This document shows, piece by piece, positions 30,416 to 38,955 of a stretch of 64,000 nt of DNA. The DNA lies in assembly GCA_037305845.1 (NCBI GenBank), contig CP147778.1, positions 2,976,001 to 3,040,000 on the forward strand. The letters run 5' to 3'. Made by a program: the position numbers and the translations under genes. Every line of letters begins with the position of its first letter. Position 1 is the first letter of the stretch. The stretch comes from Candidatus Freyarchaeum deiterrae (GTDB lineage Archaea; Asgardarchaeota; Jordiarchaeia; Jordiarchaeales; Jordiarchaeaceae). The notes beneath the pieces were generated by a model. That model worked only from the letters and a program-made list of their open reading frames with translations, had not been told where the DNA came from and did not search any database.

Positions 30416-31591
30416 ATGCTTATCGCAGTTTTAGGAGGCGCGGGGCTTGTTGGCTCTGCTGTTGTAGATGACTTGGTCAGAAGCGGCGTTGACGAGGTTG
30501 TTGTCGCAGATTTGAACATACACGCAGCTCAGGAGGTCATTGAAAAATACAAGAGAGCGGACACCAAGGTTTCCGCACAGTTCGTCGACGTCAACGAACA
30601 TAAAAGCTTGGTTGATGTTATCTCTGGAGCCGATGTAGTTTCAAGCAGCATCGGGCCGTCCTACGAGTACTGCAACAAAGTTCTTGAGGCAGCCATAGAA
30701 GCAAAAGTTAACCTGGTAGACCTCTGTGACGAATTCGACGCTGCGGAAGAAGCCTTTAAACACGACTCACAAGCCAAGAAGGCGGGAATAACCGCTTGCA
30801 TAGGCTGTGGCGCAAGCCCCGGATTAAGCAACATCGTTGCCAAGTATGCGTCCAGCAAAATGGACAGAGTAGAAAGCATTCAAATAGCCTGGGCAGTGAG
30901 CGTCCGTGACACCGGAGGCCCTGCTGCGAATTATCACTTCTTTCACTCTTTGAGCGGCAATATCCCCACTTTTCGCAAAGGTAAAATAAAATACATCCAA
31001 GCTGGCTCGGAGAAAGAACGAGTGAAATTCCCTGACCCTATAGGAGAAGTTGAAGTTTACAGCTTCGGCCACCCTGAACCCCTCACCCTACCCCGATTCA
31101 TTGAAGGTGTAAAGAACGTAAGCATAAAAGGCGCAACACTCCCCATATGGCTTGACGAGGTTTACAGAGGATTGAGCAAATCAGGATTAACCAGCAAACA
31201 ACCGATAAACGTTAAGGGAATATCCATCATCCCACTGGATTTTGCTGTTTCACTGACCTTCTCACAATACGCTCTTCCTTCGGAAATAAAAGAGATGATA
31301 GACAGAGACGCCCCAACCACCTCAGCAGAAAAATGCATAGTGACCGGAGAAAGAAAAGGAAACCCCACAAGATACACTTATGATGGACTGGCGAGTTTCG
31401 CCAAAACAACCGCTACCTCAGCCTCGGTAGCAGCGCAAATGATTGCCACCGACAAGACAACAAGTAAGGGAGTACTGCCACCAGAAGGATGCTTAGATGC
31501 TGTAACGTTTCTTAAAGAGTTTGTAAAAAGAAAAATAGAAATAACTGAAACTGAAGAGATAACACGAAGCCTAACTGAAGAAACAATCTAG
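30416..31591 (+). CDS. Saccharopine dehydrogenase family oxidoreductase
   Basis: GGAGLVG Rossmann motif, GCGASPGLSN, GHPEP, GVLPPE. Confidence 0.92.
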   Translation: MLIAVLGGAGLVGSAVVDDLVRSGVDEVVVADLNIHAAQEVIEKYKRADTKVSAQFVDVNEHKSLVDVISGADVVSSSIGPSYEYCNKVLEAAIEAKVNLVDLCDEFDAAEEAFKHDSQAKKAGITACIGCGASPGLSNIVAKYASSKMDRVESIQIAWAVSVRDTGGPAANYHFFHSLSGNIPTFRKGKIKYIQAGSEKERVKFPDPIGEVEVYSFGHPEPLTLPRFIEGVKNVSIKGATLPIWLDEVYRGLSKSGLTSKQPINVKGISIIPLDFAVSLTFSQYALPSEIKEMIDRDAPTTSAEKCIVTGERKGNPTRYTYDGLASFAKTTATSASVAAQMIATDKTTSKGVLPPEGCLDAVTFLKEFVKRKIEITETEEITRSLTEETI

Positions 31592-31925
31592 GAAGAAATT
31601 ATCAAATTTTATTTTTTAATTCCTTCCTAACACATCACCTTCATCGGATGAGTCAAAATCGGTTTTCCGCGACTTAATCTGCCTTCATTTTTTTAGATCA
31701 TTTCCAACTCTCAAAGCAAAAAGCACATCAAAAAACACATTTTTTTAAAAAAATAATTATGCCTTTTGGGCGACTCCACCACATAATCTGCGACTAATCA
31801 CTCCGAAAAACAAGAACAAATTTTAATTGAAATTACAAAATAAGAGAGTGTTAATCTAACCTCAGACGATCTCAAATATTCCTTAATTATTTGGAATTGG
31901 GAAGGGGGCATAGTTTTCCGAGAAA

Positions 31926-32642
31926 CTAATTGTTTTGTACCGGTATTAACCCGAAGTGTTGGTTGAGTTCGTGACAACCAGTCCAGCAGGTGTTCCAGCA
32001 TAGTGTAATATCCTTTCCAGGTATAGTTTGGTAATGATCAGGTATGCAAGCGCCAGCTGGATATTGGTTACTATCCACGCAGAATGATGAGCTTACATAG
32101 AATGTAGCATTCCATATGCTTGTGCAACATACATCTTGTGATGCTTCATTCCATTGGATGCCTATAGTACCTTGTTTTCCTTCCTTCCCTTGTATAACGC
32201 ATATGCTTCCGTCGCATGGTACGTAGCCACCATATACTTTAACTGCTACCCAGTATGAAGCTAACGTATCATTGCTTACGCATATTGGGAATAATTTTGG
32301 CACATTCATTCCGATAACATTAATCGTACCTTGTTCTGTGTTGATTTTATCAACGCAACCTGATTGGGCTACCGGCACGATTTCATCAATTTTCGGAATG
32401 GATGGCATTCCCTTAATTTGCGTTTGGATGCCGCTCTGACAGAGCATATTATAGCCAATCAATTGGGTAGTAACATTTGATTGACTGTATTGACTGTACG
32501 CGTAGGATGCCACCACTAAGCCCCCAATCACCAATAACATTGCCACTAAAAAATGGGCTAAACGAAATTGCTTCCCTTTCCATTTTTTCACTAGTGACGT
32601 TCGAGAGCAATTGTAATCAGTGTTCTTCTCCTTTTCAACCAC
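31926..32642 (-). CDS. Cys-rich, N-terminally membrane-anchored or secreted hypothetical protein
   Basis: Basic N-terminus, one hydrophobic helix (LAHFLVAMLLVIGGLVVASYAY), then a beta-rich domain with 12 Cys; GGAGG RBS upstream. Confidence 0.8.
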   Translation of the reverse strand: MVEKEKNTDYNCSRTSLVKKWKGKQFRLAHFLVAMLLVIGGLVVASYAYSQYSQSNVTTQLIGYNMLCQSGIQTQIKGMPSIPKIDEIVPVAQSGCVDKINTEQGTINVIGMNVPKLFPICVSNDTLASYWVAVKVYGGYVPCDGSICVIQGKEGKQGTIGIQWNEASQDVCCTSIWNATFYVSSSFCVDSNQYPAGACIPDHYQTIPGKDITLCWNTCWTGCHELNQHFGLIPVQNN

Positions 32643-32836
32643 TCTCGTCTTTCCTCCTTTTTTTATTGTGACAGAGAGTGTAGTTTTTCTGTACAGCCAC
32701 TATTCCACAACGTCCTCTATACTAGCCGACCAATGCTACACTAGGCCCTTCACCAGATTTTCGCTAACACGCGCCAGATAGTTACTAGACAACCCACCAG
32801 ACTAGCACTAAAAGTCTACACTAACCAAAACTGGAA

Positions 32837-32868
32837 GTTACTGTATCACTTTCTGTTACTGTATCACT
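32837..32868. repeat. 14-nt direct repeat GTTACTGTATCACT x2, possible operator
   Basis: Exact copies at 32837-32850 and 32855-32868. Confidence 0.6.
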
Positions 32869-33440
32869 AGATTATCAATATACCATTAATTGATGTTTCT
32901 AGCCCATTATTATTTGGTATTCTGAATAATTCCTATATAAATCTTTTGTTTCTATATAACAGATTTATAAAAAATTAGAGAAAATAGCTAAAAAAAGACA
33001 AATCTCACACATTATTTCAAAAATTCTAAGCAAAAAATCCAATAATTATGAAAAAATTACGACACCCGTCTACCAAAAATCCATAATATTCACGCCCATC
33101 ATGAAAAGGCGCCAGCTCAAGAACAAGCAGATGCATTCTAACAATTATACCGGTACTAACCCTGCACTTAACACATTTTCTGTCAGCCCCCAAACTCCAA
33201 TAAATTTCTGGCAACTCTGCACCACTTAGAAGTATCATAACACCTTTATTCCTTGAAAAGAAGGATCCTCTATTCCAAACATGTGCGGGAATATTGCAGA
33301 TAAAAACTGAAAGAATTATTCAACCTTATTTAAAGGGTTGATACTTCCTGGCCATCACAATCGTAAGATTTCTCGGAATAATTTCAAGCCTTCAATATCC
33401 GTAATCTTTATTAGAGAGTTTGAAAAAAGAATATCAATCT

Positions 33441-33522
33441 ATAATATATATAAGATAGATAATCAATATAACACTGTAATAATATATATACCAAATAAAT
33501 AATTAATATAACACAGGAATAA
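33441..33522 (+). promoter_or_regulatory. Tandemly duplicated ~38-40 nt AT-rich promoter-like unit
   Basis: ataatatatata...ataat.aatataacac.g.aataat occurs twice (33441, 33479) upstream of 33707. Confidence 0.45.
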
Positions 33523-33534
33523 TCATTCCCAACA

Positions 33535-33652
33535 CCGTAGAATACGGGCAGTGGAGAAAGAACTCTAAATAGGTAGCAGAATCTACCTGTAGGGCGTAAA
33601 TATGTAAAAAGGGGAAACAGGGCGTCCGAAACGGGGACCGGGCGCCTTGTTT
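33535..33652 (+). ncRNA. Candidate structured leader RNA with three hairpins
   Basis: Stems at 33535-33547 (5 bp), 33569-33590 (8 bp) and 33615-33652 (14 bp, two G-U), in a GC-rich island within AT-rich DNA. Confidence 0.35.
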
Positions 33653-33706
33653 ACCATGAGTAAAATCATAATATCGTATCCTTAGATAAATTAGCGGGTA
33701 ACAAAC

Positions 33707-36700
33707 ATGAAATCTATCGGGAGGAGAAGGCGAGCAGTAAAACTAGTAATTTTAGCTGCTATGCTTCTAATTGCAGCAACCCTAGCAGGTGTTTCAATCC
33801 AAAATCAAAATCAAAACACAAATCCAATTATCAACCAAAACCTATTTTTGTACATGAATACTCCTGCAAATCATCCCATATTTACAAAAGACAATCCGAC
33901 TATCAACTATCCTACGAATAATATTGTGCTTGCTTCTGGAAGCTTCAATGTCACCTGGACCAACACTAGAACAGACATAGACTACTACCTAGTTAGTAAC
34001 GACAGTTACAGTCCGGACAGTGTGGTTAATACGACCACTAGCTATCAAGTCAGCCTATCTGATGGTCTTCACACTGTGAATGTTACAGCCGTCTACCAAG
34101 ACGGTAACTCTAGTTCTAGCATTGTTTCCTTCACTGTGGACACCACTCCCCCCACTGTGACTATCACCTCACCCAGCAATGGTACTCTGTTTAACACCAG
34201 CAGTGTTATGGTGAACTGGACTGGTAGCGACGCCAACTCGGGCATAGCCTACTTTGAGGTCAGAATTGACGAAGGCAGCTGGACCAATGTATCTGCGAGC
34301 CCCAGCTACACTTTCACCAGTGTCACAAACGGTACTCACACCGTTGATGTCGTAGCCTTCGATTTAGCGGGTAACAATGCCACCGCTTCTGTTTCCTTTA
34401 ACGTGGACACCATTCCTCCCACGGTGACTATCACTTCACCCACCATGGGCGTGCTGCTTAACACCAGCAGTGTTACTGTGAACTGGACCGGCAGCGACGA
34501 TACGGGTATAAGCTACTACGAGGTCAGAAATGACTCCAGCTCTTGGATCAACATGGGGACGAGTACCAGCTACACATTCACCAGTTTGTCCGACGGTTCT
34601 CACACTGTTTATGTTATGGCTTTTGACTTGGCTGGTAACAACGCCACCACGTCTGTTTCCTTCACTGTGGACACCACTCCGCCTACAGTAACCATAACCT
34701 CACCCAGCAATAATGCTATGCTTAACACCAGTAGTGTTACGGTGAACTGGACGGGTAGCGACGCCACCTCGGGCATAAGCTACTTTGAGGTCAGAATTGA
34801 CGGCGGTACTTGGCTCAATGCATCTGCGAGTCTCAGTCACACTTTCACCGGTGTCTCAAACGGTTCTCACACCGTGTATGTTATGGCTTTTGACTTGGCT
34901 GGTAATAACGTCACTGCTTCTGTTCCCTTCAACGTGGACACCACTCCACCCACGGTGGCTATCACCTCACCCTCCTTGGGAGCTGTACTTCTCACCAATG
35001 TTGTGTTTAACTGGACCGGTAGCGACGACACCGGCATAGCCTACTTTGAGGTCAGAATTGACGGCGGTACTTGGCTCAATGTATCCACGAGCCTCAGCTA
35101 CACTTTCACCGGTGTCTTGAACGGTTCTCATACTGTTTATGTTATGGCTTTTGACTTGGCTGGTAATAACATCACTGCTTCTGTTCCCTTTAACGTGGAC
35201 ACCATTCCTCCCACTGTGACTATCACCTCACCCACCAATGGTACCCTGTTTAACACCGGCAGTGTTACAGAAAACTGGACGGGCAGCGACAACACCGGCA
35301 TAGCCTACTTTGAGGTCAGAAATGACGGCGGTAGCTGGATCAATGTATCTAAGAGTCTCAGCTACGCGTTTACCGGTCTCTCGAACGGTTCTCACTCCGT
35401 GGATGTCATAGCCTTCGACCTGGCTGGTAACAACGCCACCGCCTCTGTTCCCTTCACTGTGGACACCACTTTGCCTACAGTGACTATCACTTCACCCACC
35501 AATGGTGCGCTGTTTAATACTAGCAGTGTTACAGTAAACTGGACTGGTTACGCCTACTCAGGCATAAACTACTACGAGGTTAAGCTTGACGGCGGTACTT
35601 TTGGCAGTGTTGGAACAAATACCAGCTACACGTTCACCAGTCTTTCAGATGGGTCTCACACCGTTTATGTTAGGGCTTGGAGCCTGGTGGGTAACAATGC
35701 CACTGCATCTGTTTCATTTAACGTGGACACCATTCCTCCCACAGTGAATATTGCCTCACCCACCAATGGTGCGCTGTTTAATACTGGCAGTGTTACAGTG
35801 AACTGGACGGGCAGCGACGCCAACTCGGGCATAGCCTACTTTGAGGTCAGAATTGATGGCGGTAGCTGGATCAATGTATCCACGAGCCTCAGCCACACTT
35901 TCACCGGTCTCTCAACCGGTACTCACTCCGTGGATGTCATAGCCTTCGACCTGGCGGGTAACAATGCCACCGCTTCTGTTTTCTTCACTGTGGACACCAT
36001 TCCTCCCATAGTGACTATCACTTCACCCACCAATGGTACGCTGTTTAATACTAGCAGTGTTACAGTAAACTGGATAGGTAGCGACGGCAACGGCACTGGT
36101 ATAGCCTACTTTGAGGTCAGAATTGACGGCGGTATCTGGATCAATGTAGCTAAGGGTATGAGCTACCCGTTCACCGGTCTCTTAACCGGTTCTCACCCCG
36201 TGGATGTCATAGCCTTCGACCTGGCTGGTAACAACGCCACCGCCTCTGTTTCCTTCAACGTGGACACCACTCCACCCACGGTGACCATAACCACTCCGTA
36301 TAACGATACCTCGATTAATGTGGGGACTATCATAATTAGGGGTGTATATAACGGTACTGGTAGCAATATTCAGAAGATTGATTGTAACGACTCCCGTTTT
36401 ACTCTTCAGACCGCTCCTCCGTTTGGCGTTACTGGAACTTTTGTTTTTATTAATAAAACTAACCCTATTTATAGCGGTAGTTTTGGGTTGAGAGTTACTG
36501 TTTTGGATGATGCGGGTTTTACTACGTTTGTAGATAGGTGCGTAATAGTAAACCAGAGTGGAATTATCGGCTCTAATATTTCGGATTTGGGTATAGGTAA
36601 TAATTATATCGATGCTGTTTCCGTTGCAGGCGTGGAGCTTTGGTTGAATGTTAATGCTCCCGTAAGGGTTTACATTACTTGCACCGCCGCAAATCTGGGT

Positions 36701-37444
36701 GGTAGTGCTCCGACCGGATTCGGACTTCTCGGAAGGTTTTGGTCTATTTCGGTGAACGACACCTCTGCTATTCAAAGTGTAACTATTGGGGCAATATACT
36801 CGGATGAGAACGTTACAAAAGCTGGAATTGTAGCAGTCTCTGGACTAGGATACTGGAACGATACTAGCGGTATGTGGGAAGAAATTCCAAGTACTCTGGA
36901 TCCACCGAACAATATTGTAAAAGCGACTATCGATCATTTGTCTAGCTTCACTATCCTTGGAACTCTACCGTCTTCGGGAACTCCAACTTCGCCTTATCTT
37001 CCATTATTGTTACTGTCCCAGTCTTTAACAAGTGGGGTTAATCCTCTAGCTTATTTAGTTCTGGCTTTGGTTATGGTTTTACTTGTTTCTGTCGTAGTGG
37101 TAGCATTTAAAGGAAGTTTAAGGGGAAAAGCTGTTGAGCCAAAGGCTCCATTAACTCTCGTGAGGTCTGATGCTTCCAAGAAGGCAGGATGTTTCTACTG
37201 CGGCTCTGAGATTCCTGAAGACGCTGAGATCTGTCCTTACTGTGGCGAGATTAGAGCGAGGTGCTCGGTGTGTAATAGATACCTCATTGTGGGAGACCCG
37301 TTTGCTGAGTGCCCCTACTGCGGTGCCCTTAGTCACAAAGAACACCTACTACAATGGATTGGTTCGAAAGGATACTGTCCAAAATGCAAGGAGAAATTGT
37401 TTACAAGCCACATAAAACTAAAAGACTACTTTGAGCCTCGATAA
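33707..37444 (+). CDS. Single-pass surface protein: ~10 Ig-like repeats, ZU5/GPS-like juxtamembrane domain, TM, cytoplasmic zinc ribbon and RING-like finger
   Basis: Signal peptide; DT(T/I)PPTVTITSP ~89-aa repeats with many N-x-S/T sequons; ATIDHLSSFTIL; TM LAYLVLALVMVLLVSVVVVAF; CFYC..CPYC; CSVC..CPYC..H..H..W..CPKC. Confidence 0.88.
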   Translation: MKSIGRRRRAVKLVILAAMLLIAATLAGVSIQNQNQNTNPIINQNLFLYMNTPANHPIFTKDNPTINYPTNNIVLASGSFNVTWTNTRTDIDYYLVSNDSYSPDSVVNTTTSYQVSLSDGLHTVNVTAVYQDGNSSSSIVSFTVDTTPPTVTITSPSNGTLFNTSSVMVNWTGSDANSGIAYFEVRIDEGSWTNVSASPSYTFTSVTNGTHTVDVVAFDLAGNNATASVSFNVDTIPPTVTITSPTMGVLLNTSSVTVNWTGSDDTGISYYEVRNDSSSWINMGTSTSYTFTSLSDGSHTVYVMAFDLAGNNATTSVSFTVDTTPPTVTITSPSNNAMLNTSSVTVNWTGSDATSGISYFEVRIDGGTWLNASASLSHTFTGVSNGSHTVYVMAFDLAGNNVTASVPFNVDTTPPTVAITSPSLGAVLLTNVVFNWTGSDDTGIAYFEVRIDGGTWLNVSTSLSYTFTGVLNGSHTVYVMAFDLAGNNITASVPFNVDTIPPTVTITSPTNGTLFNTGSVTENWTGSDNTGIAYFEVRNDGGSWINVSKSLSYAFTGLSNGSHSVDVIAFDLAGNNATASVPFTVDTTLPTVTITSPTNGALFNTSSVTVNWTGYAYSGINYYEVKLDGGTFGSVGTNTSYTFTSLSDGSHTVYVRAWSLVGNNATASVSFNVDTIPPTVNIASPTNGALFNTGSVTVNWTGSDANSGIAYFEVRIDGGSWINVSTSLSHTFTGLSTGTHSVDVIAFDLAGNNATASVFFTVDTIPPIVTITSPTNGTLFNTSSVTVNWIGSDGNGTGIAYFEVRIDGGIWINVAKGMSYPFTGLLTGSHPVDVIAFDLAGNNATASVSFNVDTTPPTVTITTPYNDTSINVGTIIIRGVYNGTGSNIQKIDCNDSRFTLQTAPPFGVTGTFVFINKTNPIYSGSFGLRVTVLDDAGFTTFVDRCVIVNQSGIIGSNISDLGIGNNYIDAVSVAGVELWLNVNAPVRVYITCTAANLGGSAPTGFGLLGRFWSISVNDTSAIQSVTIGAIYSDENVTKAGIVAVSGLGYWNDTSGMWEEIPSTLDPPNNIVKATIDHLSSFTILGTLPSSGTPTSPYLPLLLLSQSLTSGVNPLAYLVLALVMVLLVSVVVVAFKGSLRGKAVEPKAPLTLVRSDASKKAGCFYCGSEIPEDAEICPYCGEIRARCSVCNRYLIVGDPFAECPYCGALSHKEHLLQWIGSKGYCPKCKEKLFTSHIKLKDYFEPR

Positions 37445-37674
37445 CCTACTCCCCCTTGGAAGAAATGAGAGAACTTGGTTATAGTGCGGGAGAGGTAAAG
37501 CCATTCCGTTCTGCTGTAAGCTGATGATCTAACACGGTGGTGAGGCTCGCATAAGGCGAAAGATTTAAACTTCTTCTTCATCATAATAAAATTTATATAT
37601 GTATTTGCCGCAAAAATATGGCATCGGACAATTTACGGAAGAATGAGGGTTAAAATTTTATGAAGGGAGGCTAA

Positions 37675-38133
37675 ATGGTTACATTTGATGAGATTAAAAA
37701 AATGGGGAAAAAATGGGCTGCAGAATATTGCAAAGCACTAAATAACACCCCAGAATATGAAGAAGCGGCAAAGGGATGGGGAGTCGATTTCGAAGGGGCT
37801 ATGTTATTTATAATGACTCCTAGTGGCGAAATAACATTTGATGTAGTTTCCTTCTTGGATTTAAAGGATGGTAAATGTTTAGGCATAAAATTACTTGAAC
37901 CCGGAGAAGCTCCCCCGAGAACGCCTGGATTGACGCTAAAAGCACCGATGTTGACGTGGAAAAAATTAGCCTTTAAGGAGCAAAATCCTGTACAAGCCTT
38001 AATGACGGGAGAGCTTCAACTCGAAGGAGATATGGATCTTGCTATGAAGTATTCCCAGGCTGCTATGCTGCTGGCTGATGTTACAGAAAAAACCGACAGA
38101 AGCTTATTTACCTCATTTGATCTCGGAGAATAG
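37675..38133 (+). CDS. SCP2 sterol/lipid-binding domain protein
   Basis: LDLKDGKC...TWKKL...NPVQALMTGELQLEGDM. Confidence 0.88.
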   Translation: MVTFDEIKKMGKKWAAEYCKALNNTPEYEEAAKGWGVDFEGAMLFIMTPSGEITFDVVSFLDLKDGKCLGIKLLEPGEAPPRTPGLTLKAPMLTWKKLAFKEQNPVQALMTGELQLEGDMDLAMKYSQAAMLLADVTEKTDRSLFTSFDLGE

Positions 38134-38143
38134 AGGGACTAGA

Positions 38144-38890
38144 ATGAGTGAAACTAGACAAATAGATTATTCGATGCCTCGCCAAAATGGGCATTATCCA
38201 CCACCCCCCTATGAATATCCAAATATGAGAGCCATAGTCTGCCTGTTCAAGACGACCCGTGAGGCTAAACGGCGAGTTTTACCCCCAGAATTGGAATCCA
38301 TCGAGTTTCCTTTCGATGCAATCTTCATTGCCGAATATCCCAATTCGACAATCGGACCCTACAATGAGAACTTAATTCTATTATATACCAAATATGAAAA
38401 AACACAGGGACTATTTGTCATGAATATTTACGTAGATGACGATGCTGCATTGACAGCAGGGCGAGAAATTTGGGGGTATCCTAAGAAATTATGTAATATA
38501 AAACTATCTCCGATAAAGGATGATAAAATTACAGGCACATTAGTCAGAAAAGGTAAAACAATTCTTCAAGTTAAAGCAGAATTAACCGATAAGTCACCTG
38601 GTGTAGATCCCAGCTATCTTATCAAAGCATTTCCACTCATTAATCTAAAATTGATTCCAGATGTTGCAGATAATTCGAAACCAGCTCTAAATCAATTAAC
38701 CGCAACGCAATTAGCATGGAATAATATTCGGGTAACAAAAGGACTAAAAGTGAAGTCAATAACCAGTGAATATTCAGACTATGATATCTGCTCAGAAGTC
38801 ATAAATGTCTCCGATACGAGTATTGGAGGTTTCTACGTCGAATGCGATCAAACCCTGCCAAACGGAAGGGTTTTAAAAAACTTAGTATAA
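38144..38890 (+). CDS. Acetoacetate decarboxylase-like family protein
   Basis: YPPPPY, IGPYNE, AGREIWGYPKK (Schiff-base Lys). Start placed at ATG 38144. Confidence 0.9.
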   Translation: MSETRQIDYSMPRQNGHYPPPPYEYPNMRAIVCLFKTTREAKRRVLPPELESIEFPFDAIFIAEYPNSTIGPYNENLILLYTKYEKTQGLFVMNIYVDDDAALTAGREIWGYPKKLCNIKLSPIKDDKITGTLVRKGKTILQVKAELTDKSPGVDPSYLIKAFPLINLKLIPDVADNSKPALNQLTATQLAWNNIRVTKGLKVKSITSEYSDYDICSEVINVSDTSIGGFYVECDQTLPNGRVLKNLV

Positions 38891-38955
38891 TACCCATTAT
38901 TTTTATTATAATTTTTTTACAAAAATTGTTAATGAACTAGTAAGTAGGTATTCAC

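Noticed and set aside
33026-33238. 70-aa minus-strand ORF in the long intergenic region
   Set aside because: It has no recognisable motif; it could be spurious or decayed and cannot be supported.
33615-33652. Hairpin with a GAAA bulge resembling an archaeal SECIS element
   Set aside because: It lacks the opposing A, and no neighbouring ORF shows an in-frame UGA aligned to a Cys position.
37445-37560. GCTGATGA-containing segment resembling a fluoride riboswitch 3' end or a C/D box sRNA
   Set aside because: It lacks the GAUGG/P1 stem and pseudoknot partner, and the candidate C box is imperfect; not supportable by eye.
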